In this document: positions 28,969 to 40,300 of the stretch, piece by piece
How the letters are laid out: every line of letters starts with the position of its first letter
Position numbering within the stretch: the stretch's first letter is position 1
Assembly (NCBI GenBank): GCA_041663285.1
Contig: JBAZSP010000001.1
Span: 7,454-71,453, forward strand
Length of the DNA: 64,000 bases
Direction of reading: 5' to 3'
Source of the DNA: Candidatus Shapirobacteria bacterium
Lineage (GTDB): Bacteria > Patescibacteriota > Microgenomatia > UBA12405
The notes under the pieces: model-generated
What the model was told of the DNA's origin: nothing
Database searches by the model: none
What the model saw: the letters and a program-made list of their open reading frames with translations, nothing else
Position numbers and translations under genes: made by a program

Positions 28969-29058
28969 AATTTCTTCTATCTCAAAATTTCCGGCCGGAC
29001 TACTTTTGATAGCAAATTTTGGTCTTTCTGCTTGCCCGGAGTATAATAGATATGTACC

Positions 29059-29436
29059 ATGGCACAAAAAATTCTGATAATCGAAGACGAGCCCGCCGTT
29101 CAGACTGCCCTAAAAAATAAATTATCCCGAAACGGATTTGCTGTCATCACCGCTGCCAATGGTCAAACTGGCCTAACCAAAGTCGCCCAACACTCTCCCG
29201 ATCTGATCCTTCTGGACATTATTATGCCGGTCATGGACGGTATCACCTTTTTGACCAAATTACGAAGTCTGCCTCTTGGGCGCACCATTCCGGTAATTGT
29301 TTTAACCAATCTTTCCGATACTCAAAAATTTCAAGCCGGTATTGATTTAAATGTCTCCGGATACCTGATAAAATCTGATTGGAAACTTGACGACCTGGTT
29401 ATCAAAATCGAAAAAGTTTTCGCTGCCAAAAAATGA
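29059..29436 (+). CDS. Single-domain response regulator (CheY-like receiver)
   Basis: KILIIEDEP...DLILLDIIMPVMDG...K receiver residues. No output domain. Confidence 0.85.
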   Translation: MAQKILIIEDEPAVQTALKNKLSRNGFAVITAANGQTGLTKVAQHSPDLILLDIIMPVMDGITFLTKLRSLPLGRTIPVIVLTNLSDTQKFQAGIDLNVSGYLIKSDWKLDDLVIKIEKVFAAKK

Positions 29437-29804
29437 AAACGGTTCTCATCGCCGAAGACGATAAATTTCTATCCAGCGCTTACCGCCTGAAACTTGAAAA
29501 AGCCGGCCTAAATACTTTAATGGCCGAAGATGGCCAGCAGGCTCTCGACCTGCTCCAAAAGCATCGGCCTGACCTTATTCTTCTTGACTTGATCATGCCG
29601 GTCAAAGATGGCTTCCAGGTACTTGAGGCCATCAGTCAAAAGTCATCCCTAAAAGACATTCCCGTCATTGTCGCTTCCAATCTTGGCCAGAAAGAAGATA
29701 TCGATAAAAGTCTAAGTTTCGGTGCCAAAGAATTTGTCATCAAAAGCGATTTGTCTCTTGATTCTTTGGTAGCCAAAATAAAAAGCCTTCTCAAGCTAAG
29801 CTGA
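29433..29804 (+). CDS. Single-domain response regulator (CheY-like receiver)
   Basis: TVLIAEDD...DLILLDLIMPVKDG. ATGA overlap with the preceding gene suggests translational coupling. Confidence 0.85.
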   Translation: MKTVLIAEDDKFLSSAYRLKLEKAGLNTLMAEDGQQALDLLQKHRPDLILLDLIMPVKDGFQVLEAISQKSSLKDIPVIVASNLGQKEDIDKSLSFGAKEFVIKSDLSLDSLVAKIKSLLKLS

Positions 29805-29821
29805 TATGTTACTATCATGTA

Positions 29822-31504
29822 ATGTTTGTCGTTCGTAATCATGATCTCTATCGTCGCCTCAAAGAGCTGGAAGTTATTCCCGCTGCCAAGCTTGAAGAAT
29901 CCTTCCAAATGGCCGAAAGCGATAATCGTTTTTTAGGCGATATTTTATATGAACGTGATCTTATCTCCGACGAAAATTTAGGTAAATTACTTTCCGACTT
30001 AACTGGTGTCCCTCTGGTCCGCTTATCGGAAAACCAGATCCCCAAAGATATCCTGACTTTAATTCCCCAAGTCTATGCCAAAAAACAACTGGTTATCGCT
30101 TTTGCCAAAGATAAATCCGGCCTCCACCTCGCCCTGGTCAATCCCAAAGATACCCAGATACCGGAATTTATCGAGAAGAAAACCGGCATCCCCGTCATTG
30201 TCCACCTGGCCACCGTTAAGGATCTCAAAGATGCCATAAATCTATATTCTCAAGACGTCGGCCAGGCGTTTGAAGATATCATTAACGATCATATTTCCCA
30301 AGCCAAAAACCGGACCGCCACCGATCCGCCGATTATCAAAATTGTCGACACCATTTTAAATTACGCCTATCAGAACAAATCATCCGATATTCATATCGAG
30401 CCGCAAAACGACACTTCTTTGGTCCGTTTTCGGATTGACGGTATCCTCCACGATATCGTTACTCTTCCCCGGGATGTCCACCAAAATATCGTTACCCGCA
30501 TAAAAGTCTTGGCCAATTTGCGGACAGATGAGCATCAGGCTGCCCAGGACGGTAAATTCCAGTTTCCCACCGAAGACGAAAATCTCGATCTTAGGGTGTC
30601 TATCGTCCCGCTTACCGATGGTGAAAAAATTGTTATGAGATTACTGTCGGAAAAATCACGCCAATTTTCCCTAGCCTCGCTTGGTTTTTCTGCCTCTGAC
30701 TTGGAAAAAGTCACCGCTGCTTACCAAAAGCCCTATGGCATGCTTTTGTCTACTGGCCCCACTGGCTCCGGCAAAACCACTTCCATGTATTCGGTCTTAA
30801 AACTTCTAAACCATCGCGAAGTCAATATTATGACCATCGAAGATCCGGTTGAATACGAGATGGAAGGGGTAAACCAAATTCAGGTAAATTCCAAGACCAA
30901 TCTGACTTTTGCTAAGGGTTTGCGCTCAATCGTCCGCCAGGATCCCGATATTATTTTAGTCGGGGAAATCCGCGATGAAGAAACCGCCGAAATCGCCACT
31001 AATTCAGCCATGACCGGCCACCTGGTCTTATCCACTCTTCATACTAACGATGCCGCCACTGCCATCCCCCGCCTTTCCGACATGGGGGTCGAGCCCTTTT
31101 TAATTGCCTCGTCCGTCAACTGCATTATCGCCCAAAGGCTGGTACGAAAAATTTGCACCAAATGCCGTATCTCCGACAATATTACCTTGGATAAATTAAA
31201 AAAATATGGCTGGAGCCTTTCCGCCATCAAAAAACATTTTGGGCCAAAAGGCCCCTACCGAATTTATTCCGGTAAAGGCTGTCCGGTATGTCATCATACC
31301 GGCTATACCGGCCGGGTCGGTATCTTTGAAGTTTTAGTTATCTCCGAGCCGGTCCGCAACACAATTATTGCTTCCGCCACTGCGTCAACCCTTCAGGAAG
31401 TAGCCATTAAAAACGGTATGACCACTATGCTTGAGGACGGTCTGGCCAAAATCAAGCAGGGGATAACCACTGTCGAAGAAATCCTCCGGGCTACCAAAAG
31501 CTAA
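29822..31504 (+). CDS. pilB: Type IV pilus assembly ATPase PilB (GspE-family secretion ATPase)
   Basis: GspII_E N-terminal domain. Walker A GPTGSGKTT. Asp and His boxes. C-terminal tetracysteine (CTKC...CPVC). Confidence 0.9.
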   Translation: MFVVRNHDLYRRLKELEVIPAAKLEESFQMAESDNRFLGDILYERDLISDENLGKLLSDLTGVPLVRLSENQIPKDILTLIPQVYAKKQLVIAFAKDKSGLHLALVNPKDTQIPEFIEKKTGIPVIVHLATVKDLKDAINLYSQDVGQAFEDIINDHISQAKNRTATDPPIIKIVDTILNYAYQNKSSDIHIEPQNDTSLVRFRIDGILHDIVTLPRDVHQNIVTRIKVLANLRTDEHQAAQDGKFQFPTEDENLDLRVSIVPLTDGEKIVMRLLSEKSRQFSLASLGFSASDLEKVTAAYQKPYGMLLSTGPTGSGKTTSMYSVLKLLNHREVNIMTIEDPVEYEMEGVNQIQVNSKTNLTFAKGLRSIVRQDPDIILVGEIRDEETAEIATNSAMTGHLVLSTLHTNDAATAIPRLSDMGVEPFLIASSVNCIIAQRLVRKICTKCRISDNITLDKLKKYGWSLSAIKKHFGPKGPYRIYSGKGCPVCHHTGYTGRVGIFEVLVISEPVRNTIIASATASTLQEVAIKNGMTTMLEDGLAKIKQGITTVEEILRATKS

Positions 31505-31586
31505 AAGGTGATTTTTGTCCGGTAATCCTTTATCCTTAAGTCATTAAAGGCGGAGTTAATCCGGAATGGAACATTCCCCATAATCT

Positions 31587-32639
31587 ATGTTTGATCACCT
31601 TACCTACCTCGACAAAGTCTTGTTTACCAAACACCTTTCTGTTTTGATCCGCGCCGGGATTCCCTTGGTAACTTCCCTAACTACTCTGGAAGCCCAAGCC
31701 AAAAATCCCTTACTAAAATCTATTATCATTCACCTTGGCGAAGAAGTAAAAAACGGCCAATCTCTGGCCCGATCCTTAAGCCGTTACCCTCATATTTTTG
31801 ATAATTTCTATCTTGGGCTTATCGAAGTTGGCGAATCGAGCGGCTCCCTGGAGGAAAATCTGGAATTTCTGGCTAAACAAATGGCCAAAGATTATAACCT
31901 CCGCAACAAAATCCGCGGAGCCCTGCTCTACCCGGGCATTGTTTTTCTGGCTACATTTATTATGGGGGGCTTTATTTCTCTCTTTATTCTCCCCAAGCTG
32001 GTTGACTTTTTTACCGCCTTCGAAACCAATCTCCCTCTGGCCACCATCATTCTTTTATCTATCGCCAATTTTATGAAAAATTATGGTTTTCTATTTTTTG
32101 GCTCCCTAATTACTCTTTTTATTTTCACCAGCCTGGCCATAAATTTACCGGCCATTAAACCCTATTATCACCAGTTCTTGCTCCGACTCCCGATGATTGG
32201 GAATCTTATCGCTTATTCCCAGCTTTCCCGTTTTGCCCGTAATCTTGGCACATTAATCAAAAGCGGTGTCCCTCTGTCGCAAAGCCTTACCGTTACTTCC
32301 GGTACCCTTTCTAACTTATCTTTTATTTCCGCCGTTCAGGCCATGAACCAGCATTTAACCAAAGGTAAAAATTTGGCCGACACTCTTTCTCAATCCCGTC
32401 TTCAGGTTTTTCCACCCCTGGCTCGGGAAATGATTTCCGTCGGCGAAAAGACTGGAAAAATAGACGAGACCTTATTGTATCTTGGTGATTTCTACGAGGA
32501 AGAAATCGACGATATTTCCAAAAACCTTAGCACTACTCTCGAACCGATACTGTTAATTGTTATCGGGCTGGTCGTCGGGTTTGTAGCTTTGGCTATCATT
32601 AGCCCGATTTACGAACTGACTGGTTCCATTCGGCGCTAA
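31587..32639 (+). CDS. pilC: Type IV pilus platform protein PilC (GspF family)
   Basis: Two GspF repeats, 3 TM helices. Conserved ...GESSGSLEENLEFLA... / ...GEKTGKIDETLLYLGDFYE... blocks. Confidence 0.85.
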   Translation: MFDHLTYLDKVLFTKHLSVLIRAGIPLVTSLTTLEAQAKNPLLKSIIIHLGEEVKNGQSLARSLSRYPHIFDNFYLGLIEVGESSGSLEENLEFLAKQMAKDYNLRNKIRGALLYPGIVFLATFIMGGFISLFILPKLVDFFTAFETNLPLATIILLSIANFMKNYGFLFFGSLITLFIFTSLAINLPAIKPYYHQFLLRLPMIGNLIAYSQLSRFARNLGTLIKSGVPLSQSLTVTSGTLSNLSFISAVQAMNQHLTKGKNLADTLSQSRLQVFPPLAREMISVGEKTGKIDETLLYLGDFYEEEIDDISKNLSTTLEPILLIVIGLVVGFVALAIISPIYELTGSIRR

Positions 32640-33073
32640 TGCCTCACTCCCGCCATTCCGGTTTTACCTACCTGGAAACCCTTTTGGTAGTGACGATTGT
32701 TGCCGTGATTGCCGGCTCGTCCGCCTCTTTTTTTTCTAATTCCATTCAGTCTAATAATTTAAAAAATTCCGTCGATATGATTATTACTACTTTCCGCAAA
32801 GCCCAATTTTATTCAATTTCCGGAAAACGCAATTCTTCTTGGGGTTGCTGCCTGATAGGTAACTCCATCCGCCTTTTCATCGGTTCCTGTGCCTCCCCCG
32901 ACTTTTCCGAAGATTTCACCCTCCCTGCAAATATTTCCGTTTCTGCTTTTACTCCGGTTACTTTTTCTTTGGGTCGGGGCGAGCCGTCATCGTCCGTTTC
33001 GATTACTGTTAGTAGCTCTACCGAAAGTCAGACCCTAAACCTAAATTCTATCGGAGGTCTGGCCATTAATTAA
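32639..33073 (+). CDS. Prepilin-type N-terminal cleavage/methylation domain protein (pseudopilin)
   Basis: G|FTYLETLLVVTIVAVIAG class III signal peptide. 1-nt overlap with pilC stop. Confidence 0.7.
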   Translation: MPHSRHSGFTYLETLLVVTIVAVIAGSSASFFSNSIQSNNLKNSVDMIITTFRKAQFYSISGKRNSSWGCCLIGNSIRLFIGSCASPDFSEDFTLPANISVSAFTPVTFSLGRGEPSSSVSITVSSSTESQTLNLNSIGGLAIN

Positions 33074-34854
33074 TGATGATCACAAACTATTCCCGCCCCA
33101 CCGGTTTCGGTCTGGTCGAAACCATCGTCGCTATGGCTATCTTTATTACCTTTGCCGCCTCCGGTATTTTTGGAGTCTTGGGGTCGTTTAGTCTTAATCG
33201 GCTGGGCAACGAAAATACCCAAGCCACCCTTTTGGCCCAGGAGGGGGTTGATGCCGTCAGGTCAATAAAAAAACAGTCCTGGTCGCATCTTACTGCCGGT
33301 TCCTACGGCCTGTCCTCGGTCGGTGGCACCTGGTCGTTTACATCTCCTCCGGATACTATCGGCAAATACACCCGCCTAATCGATTTATCGGTGGCTTCGC
33401 GCGATTCAGGCGGTAGCCTGGTAGCTATCGGTGGAGCAGCTGACCCCGACACTTTTTTAGTTAGCTCCAAAGTGCTTTGGGATTTTAGTCCCACCCGAAA
33501 TAATTCCGTCGGTACCACCCTATATATAACCAACTGGGAAAAGCCCATCCTCACCTCCGGTGTCGGCGGGATGCTGGTCTATGCCGACAGTCAAGTTACC
33601 CCGGATGGTTGTCTTTACCGGCTGCTGGACGCCTCCGGTAATTGGGGTATCGCCTCTACCGTTGCCGACATAGATCCTAGTACCTCTGACCGGGTTTTGT
33701 ATGTCGCCCGATTATATCCATCGGCTACCCGAAATGAAAAAATATTACTTTCCCGGCACTTTAACGGTACCTCTCAATATATTTATGCCCAGGTTTTTGA
33801 TGGTGTTACTTGGTCCGATGTAACCTTGCTGACCAGTTGGGCAGCCACCACCTATACTGACACTCAAAAATTTGACGGCACCTATCTTAGTAACGGCGAT
33901 TTTGTGGTTTTATACACCGACAACACCACTACCCCCAAAATGCGCGTCTGGAACGGATCAGCCTGGGGTTCGGCTATTTCCACCCGGGTTGTTGGTGGTG
34001 TCCCAAATTTCATTATCACCAAAGCCCGTCCCGGTACCAACGAAATCATGGCGGCCTTTTTCGATCAATCATCCGACACCAATACCCAGTATTTTAACGG
34101 CGGTGCCTACCAAACCTCAAATTGGACACTTCATACCGAGCACGCTTCAGCCGCCCCTTCAGCCGCCAAGTGGTTAGTCGATTTTGCCTGGAGTCCATTC
34201 ACCCCTACTCAAGGTTTACTTATTTACTCCACCTCCACTAGCGACAAGACCATTACCTCCAAAGTCTGGACAGCCAACGGTTCCGGCAGCGGTTCTTGGG
34301 GGACAGTGGCCGACTCTGCTGCTACCGCTGGCAACTTAGGTGCCATGAATGTCGAGAGCCGTTCTGCCGCCGCTGATTTCTTAAGTTGTCAAAAAAATGC
34401 CAACAGTGACTTGTATTGTTACAAGTTTGGCCTGGCCGACTCCTGGTCAACTCCCGCCAACAATCTCTTAACAGCCACTAACTACAGCGGTAACCCCCGG
34501 AGTTTCCACCTGGGCTTTGAAAAAGACGGCGCCCTGGGTTTGGTGGTTTATTCCGACAATACCTCAACCCCAAAATACCGGAAGTACGACCCCGTCCCAA
34601 ATTCCTTCGATGTTTCCGCTTCCGGCCTTGCTTCAACTACTAACATAATTTCTACCGTTCGCCAAGTATCCCACCCCGCCACTAACGATATCATGGTCCT
34701 GTTTGCCAACACTGCCCTCGATGTTTACACTGCAGTTTGGGACGGTACCGGTGATGTTTTTTACACCAGTACGGGTAAGGCTCAAACCCAGCAGGGGATT
34801 AGCGGTTCCAGCGCTTTAAGCTTTTGGTACGATTTTACCTATGATGCCAACTAA
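33073..34854 (+). CDS. Large (593 aa) prepilin-type protein (minor pilin/tip-associated candidate)
   Basis: N-terminal G|FGLVETIVAMAIFITF prepilin motif, then Thr/Ser/Trp-rich beta-rich extracellular region. Confidence 0.6.
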   Translation: MMITNYSRPTGFGLVETIVAMAIFITFAASGIFGVLGSFSLNRLGNENTQATLLAQEGVDAVRSIKKQSWSHLTAGSYGLSSVGGTWSFTSPPDTIGKYTRLIDLSVASRDSGGSLVAIGGAADPDTFLVSSKVLWDFSPTRNNSVGTTLYITNWEKPILTSGVGGMLVYADSQVTPDGCLYRLLDASGNWGIASTVADIDPSTSDRVLYVARLYPSATRNEKILLSRHFNGTSQYIYAQVFDGVTWSDVTLLTSWAATTYTDTQKFDGTYLSNGDFVVLYTDNTTTPKMRVWNGSAWGSAISTRVVGGVPNFIITKARPGTNEIMAAFFDQSSDTNTQYFNGGAYQTSNWTLHTEHASAAPSAAKWLVDFAWSPFTPTQGLLIYSTSTSDKTITSKVWTANGSGSGSWGTVADSAATAGNLGAMNVESRSAAADFLSCQKNANSDLYCYKFGLADSWSTPANNLLTATNYSGNPRSFHLGFEKDGALGLVVYSDNTSTPKYRKYDPVPNSFDVSASGLASTTNIISTVRQVSHPATNDIMVLFANTALDVYTAVWDGTGDVFYTSTGKAQTQQGISGSSALSFWYDFTYDAN

Positions 34855-35368
34855 ACGTCTTACAGCTGGTTTCACTCTGATTGAGATGATTTTATATATC
34901 GGGATTGTAACCATCTTCTTAACTGCCGCCATTCAGTTTGGTTGGAACATAATCTACATTAGGGTTAAGTCAACCAATCAACAGGAATTAAACCAAAACC
35001 TCCGCTTGGTGGCCGAAAAACTACTTTACGAAATCCGAAATGCCCAATCAATCAATACCCTAACCTCTACCTCACTTACTCTTAATTCAGTCGATCCGCA
35101 GCGCCATCCTACCAAAATTGATTTGACTAACGGCTCTGTTCGTTTTGGTTATGGCCCATCCGGTTCGTGTTCTTTTTCCGCCCCCTGTAACCTGACTGGT
35201 AATTTAGTCCGGATTACTAATTTAACCTTTAGCGATTTATCCAGTAATGACGGTAAGTCAGTAAATATTAGCTTTTCCCTAACCGGTGAAGTTATCAATC
35301 CTTCCGGCCGCCAGGAATACGTTTACTCACAAACTCATACCGGCTCTGCCGAATTAAGGCTAAAATAA
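34841..35368 (+). CDS. Prepilin-type N-terminal cleavage/methylation domain protein (pseudopilin)
   Basis: G|FTLIEMILYIGIVTIF class III signal peptide. Confidence 0.7.
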   Translation: MMPTKRLTAGFTLIEMILYIGIVTIFLTAAIQFGWNIIYIRVKSTNQQELNQNLRLVAEKLLYEIRNAQSINTLTSTSLTLNSVDPQRHPTKIDLTNGSVRFGYGPSGSCSFSAPCNLTGNLVRITNLTFSDLSSNDGKSVNISFSLTGEVINPSGRQEYVYSQTHTGSAELRLK

Positions 35369-35372
35369 TACT

Positions 35373-35744
35373 ATGGCTCAACCTGGCTATATCGCCCTCT
35401 CCAGTATTCTGATGATTTCCGTTATTATAGTTCTTATTTCAATTACCCAAGCTTTGACCTCCGTTAACGAAAGTCAGTTTTCCCTGGTTCACACTCAAAG
35501 CGACCGGGCCCTAAATATGGCTGAATCCTGTGTTGAAGATGTCCTTATTAAGCTCAACAAAGACAACGCTATTCCGCCAACCATTTATCTTCCTTCCGGC
35601 ATCTGTGCCGTCAACCCCATTGTTAATACCGGTACCGGTTGGACTTTTACTGTTACCGCCACCCAAGCTTCCATAACCAAATCCTTGACAGTTCAGGCCA
35701 CCCGCAACTCCGCTGTTACTCTCACCGGCTGGCAGGAAAATTAA
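35373..35744 (+). CDS. Pilin-like hypothetical protein (hydrophobic N-terminal helix)
   Basis: N-terminal hydrophobic helix (IALSSILMISVIIVLISI) without a canonical GFxxxE cleavage motif. Lies within the pilin gene cluster. Confidence 0.4.
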   Translation: MAQPGYIALSSILMISVIIVLISITQALTSVNESQFSLVHTQSDRALNMAESCVEDVLIKLNKDNAIPPTIYLPSGICAVNPIVNTGTGWTFTVTATQASITKSLTVQATRNSAVTLTGWQEN

Positions 35745-35769
35745 ATGATTTTACCTTACAATTATATCA

Positions 35770-36774
35770 ATGCTTGAAAGATTCTATTTTGTTATTCACC
35801 TAAGCCGAAGCCGGGTTAAACTTTACCAGGTATCAATTGGTAAGTCCTTATCCTGCGTGCTGCAGGTCGACCAGGCCTACAATCCGCCTGCCCTGGAGGA
35901 AGTTTTTTCGGCCAAGAATCTCAAAACCAAAATCGTCCGGGTTTTATTTTCTGACGATTTAAGCTATGTTGTCAAAATTACCATCCCCAAGGCCATAGCT
36001 GTCACCCGTGACTATATTGGTGGCTTGCTTAAAGAACAGATCCCCGAAGTTTTATCCGATACTGATTGGGACTATAAACAAATATCCACCGCCGGTGACT
36101 CTAAGGTAGTTATGGCTTTTGCTCCGGTCAAAGAATTCAAAGATAAAGTTAACACTCTTTCGTCAAAACTATCCCTGACTATCGAAGCTATTGAGCCGGA
36201 ATCGGTGGCCATCACCCGCCATCCCGATCCGGTTATTGGCCTAGCCCTCAAAAACGATCTTTCCGGCTCCGACGATCAGACACTAAATTTAGCCATTAAT
36301 CGTTCTGTCAAAAGATCCCTGCCCCCGTCTTTAATTTTTGTCCCCCTTCTTATCATTTTTCTTTTTGCAAATTTTATGGTTTATCGTTATTTTAAAAATA
36401 TTACCGATACTTCCAGCCTCAATCCAAAATCTGTCCAGCCTACAAGCGTTACCAATCCTACCCCCCTTCCCCCCAGCCCTACAGTCAGGCCGTTCAACCG
36501 CTCCCTGATTTCAATAAAAATTCTTAATGGTTCCGGTATTCCCGGTGCTGCCGGCAAAGTTTCCCCCAAAATTCAGGCTCTCGGTTATGCCGACGTTACG
36601 ACGGGCAATGCCGACAATTCTGACTACCCGATTACCAAGATCACCATCAAGTCCGATGAGTTTTTGGCCGACTATTATCAGGATCTTAAAACCCTCTTTT
36701 CCATTAACTCTGAATCGTTTTTAGTTGACAATACTCAGGATCCGGATGTTATAGTTATCTTAGGAAAAAATTAG
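35770..36774 (+). CDS. Membrane protein with C-terminal LytR_C (cell-envelope-related attenuator C-terminal) domain; PilM/PilN-like N-terminus possible
   Basis: Central TM helix (LIFVPLLIIFLFANFMVY). C-terminus ...ISIKILNGSGIPGAAGKVSPKIQALGYADVTTGNADNSDYPITKITIKSD...DVIVILGKN fits the LytR_C pattern (V.V.NG.g..GLA......L...G......gNa). Sits between pseudopilins and the major pilin. Confidence 0.5.
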   Translation: MLERFYFVIHLSRSRVKLYQVSIGKSLSCVLQVDQAYNPPALEEVFSAKNLKTKIVRVLFSDDLSYVVKITIPKAIAVTRDYIGGLLKEQIPEVLSDTDWDYKQISTAGDSKVVMAFAPVKEFKDKVNTLSSKLSLTIEAIEPESVAITRHPDPVIGLALKNDLSGSDDQTLNLAINRSVKRSLPPSLIFVPLLIIFLFANFMVYRYFKNITDTSSLNPKSVQPTSVTNPTPLPPSPTVRPFNRSLISIKILNGSGIPGAAGKVSPKIQALGYADVTTGNADNSDYPITKITIKSDEFLADYYQDLKTLFSINSESFLVDNTQDPDVIVILGKN

Positions 36775-36788
36775 AATTTATAAACCAT

Positions 36789-37241
36789 ATGACCAAAAAA
36801 TATCAAAAAGCTTTTACTTTAATCGAACTCTTAGTTGTCATCTCCATTATTGCTACTCTTGCTGCCGTAGTCTTCGTCGCCCTAGATCCTGCCAAAAGGC
36901 TCAAAGATGCCCGTGATTCGCGCCGTTGGAACGATGTTAATACCCTCTTAACTGCTATGCATCAATATATCGTCGATACCGGTGGTTCTATGCCTCCAGG
37001 AGTAACCTCTACTGCTTCCCAGCTTGGCACCTGTGCCTCCGGTGGAGCTACCAACTGCACGGGAGCTGGTACAGCTTGTCTTGATATTGGAGGCACTTTA
37101 GTAAAATATCTAAAAAGTGTCCCGGTTGATCCCAAGGGCTCTGCCGCCTCGACTGGCTATTCGGTGGTAAAAGACACCAACAACATCTTGACCATCAATG
37201 CCTGTCTTAGCGAAGGTACGACCATCTCCGTCTCCCGCTAA
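36789..37241 (+). CDS. Type IV pilin (major pilin candidate, PilA-like)
   Basis: Canonical KAFTLIELLVVISIIATLAAV prepilin leader/N-terminal helix. Cys pair in the C-terminal region (D-region-like). 150 aa. Confidence 0.8.
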   Translation: MTKKYQKAFTLIELLVVISIIATLAAVVFVALDPAKRLKDARDSRRWNDVNTLLTAMHQYIVDTGGSMPPGVTSTASQLGTCASGGATNCTGAGTACLDIGGTLVKYLKSVPVDPKGSAASTGYSVVKDTNNILTINACLSEGTTISVSR

Positions 37242-37346
37242 AAGCCGAAGCTATTTGTAGGTTTGATTTTTCTATTGGCCAGGCTGAAACGTAGGGCTAC
37301 AGGTATCTTTTGCCCTCGGTTTTCTTTAGAATTAAACAACCTACCC

Positions 37347-40300
37347 ATGAAAACTCTATGGCACCTTGGCCGGAAGGCTTATATTTCCGTATCAGGATTA
37401 CTTCTTTTATTACTTTCCCTTTCTCAACCCGCCTTTTCTGTAACTCACGACATAGCCGATAGCAACAACTGGAATCTCAAGATTACAAAAGTCACCGGAG
37501 AAATAGACAAATATAATTTTGCCGATGTCAACAATAACGGCATTAATGACCTCCTTCTTTGTAACGAATACATCAATAATCATAACGGAACCTATTCCGG
37601 TTCCTGTTATGTAATCTATGATTCCATCTTGTCGCGTTTTCAGGGTATCGGTCAAACGTTGGATATAACTAACAGTCAAAATTACAGTCTTCGGTTCGAC
37701 GGGCCTATGGCGCAAACAAAGTTGGGATATTCCAGCGGTACCACGGTGGGGGACTTTAATGGTAATGGCAAAGCCGACCTTCTAATTCCTGCCTCTTATG
37801 CCTTTATCCTTAATTGGGGTTCCGGTTCCTTCTACGTTATTATGGATGATATTTTGGATGACTTTGTTGGAGTCGGCAACACCATTGATTTGGCGGATCC
37901 CAACAGTTTTAGTATTCGCTATGATGGCCACACCTCCGGGAGTGTTAAAAACTATGCTTCAGAAGCAACCCTGCTTGCAGCCGATGTCAACAACAACGGT
38001 ATAGACGACATCATCTCCGGTTCCGGTCACTCCGGCCTTGTTGGCCGGGATCGTTCCGGCTCTCTTTATGTAATTTATGACGGGCTAATCCGAAGCAAAT
38101 CTGGGCGTGGAAATTTGGTGGATTTATGGCAGGGAGAAAATGCTTACAATATTGTTTTTTATAATGCTGCTAACACCTATTTTTCCTTATATAACAGCAC
38201 TCTGGTAAAAGATTTCGACCACAATGGTAAAAACGATATCCTGGTTGGTGCCGGCTACGCCGACAATCGCTCCCTGACCAATTCGGGGTCTCTCTACTTT
38301 ATCTCTGACGATATCATCGACAACTATTCCGAAACCAACCATCAAGTAGATTTATCTAATATTAATAATTTTTCCTGGCGGCTTGATGGTGCGGCTGCCG
38401 GCGACATGTTATCTTATGCCAGTATTGCCGCCGGCGATTTAAATAATAATGGTTTGAACGACTTGGCCATATCTTCTTCCGGAGCCGACAATCGTTCCCG
38501 CTCCGGTTCTGGTTCCTATTATATTTTGTTTGATTCTTTCTTTTCTTCGCTAGTCGGCGTTGGTAAGACCTTAAACTTGGCCAACGGCAACTTCAGTATT
38601 CGCTACGATGGCGCAAGCCCCGACTCTGCTTTGGGATACAGCTCTAAAGATGTCTTTGATTTCAACAACGATGGTTTTAATGACCTGGTTATCCCCAGTT
38701 ACGGTGACTCAAACAACAGTCGTCCCTATTCCGGCTCGACTTATTTAATCTACAATACTAAATTTACCGGATTAACCGGTCTGAACAATACCATCGACAT
38801 CTCCGATCCCGAAAAGTATGATATCAGATTCGACGGAGATGTGGCTGATGGTTACTATTCTTTTCAAAATAATTTTGGTGATTTAAACGGCGACGGCAGC
38901 ACTGATTTATTAAGTTTTTCCCCGGGGGACTGGGATCAAAACGGCTACATGTATCTGATTTACAATTTTCCCCACACCATTACATCCAACAATAGTTCTT
39001 CTTCCATTGGAACCACCCTGATCACCGGTTCTGTGGTAGCTACCCAATCAGTTACCGCCATTTCTGGTGTCCAGTATCAAATCGGTAGCTCCAACCCCGC
39101 TTCCGGCTGGAGTGATTGCGTTGCCGCAGACGGTGCGTTTGGCGAAAAATCCGAAGATTACTCTTGTTATCTTGCCGGCCTTACTAATGGGTCTTCTCAC
39201 ATTGTCTACTTCCGTGCTTACGATGCCAACACTTCTTACACCTCATCTTCCCGTTATTCTTCCGTTTCTTTTACCTACGACGTTTCTCCTCCCAGCTTAG
39301 ACACTCCTTCGGTTACAGTCTTCGGTACCGGCGCCACTCTGGCCTGGGTTACCACCGAGGAATCTTCTTCTCAAATTAACTATGGATTAACATCGTTGCT
39401 GGGGAGCTCCACCCCTCAAGCCGATACTTCTCCACTGGTTACATCCCACACCGTCGAGCTTACTTCCTTAGTCCCTTGCACCCTCTATTACTTCCAAGCC
39501 ATTTCTACTGATCTTGCTTTAAACCAGTCAGCTGGTAATAGCGGCACTTTTATCACTTCCGGGTGTCCCGGTAACTCCGAAATTAGCCTAACTGCCAGTC
39601 AGATTGTTCCGGTTTCAACCGGTGCCACTTCCACTCTCTCTTCTATAGGTAGTACCTTGGCTTTGTCTCTTCCCTCATCCTACTCTGCCGCTGATGCCAC
39701 CATCCAGCTAAAGCAACTTGACCACCAGTCAGTCATAGCTGCTCTAAATACCCCCTCCCTTGATTACCTCCAAAGCTCCCTAGTCTTTGACCTAAAAGCT
39801 TTGTCCTCTACTGGTTCGACCGTTTCTTCCTTTATCCAGCCCCTGACCCTAACCCTGCTCTATTCCTATTCTCAAATTCCCAATTTGGACGAAGGCACCC
39901 TTATGTTCTATTACCACGATGGTTCCTCTTGGAATCCTTTAGTCGATTCGGTAGTCAATAAGGAGAGTCGCACTCTAACTGCCACCACCACCCACTTTTC
40001 CACCTTTATGGTTTTTGGCAAATCTTCTTCCGGCATGATTACTTCTCCGGCCTCTCCCTCATCTTCTTCTTCACAAGCCCCTGTTTGCGGTGACCCGCCA
40101 CCGTCTTCAACCCCCGACCTTTTCCAGATCGACACTACCTCGACAACCGCCAAGCTCTTCTTTACCCCAATTTCTAATACCTCTGAATTTTTCATCTCTT
40201 TTTCTTCTAGCCCGACTGCAGAAGAGCATGGAGAAAAGGTCACCTTATTACGTGAAGGAGTCCAGTCTCACACTCTCTTTAGTCTTAAACCCTCTACCAT

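Noticed and set aside
33872-34177. Pro-rich 101-aa plus-strand ORF inside the 593-aa prepilin-type gene
   Set aside because: Alternate frame of a longer, motif-supported ORF. A translation artefact.
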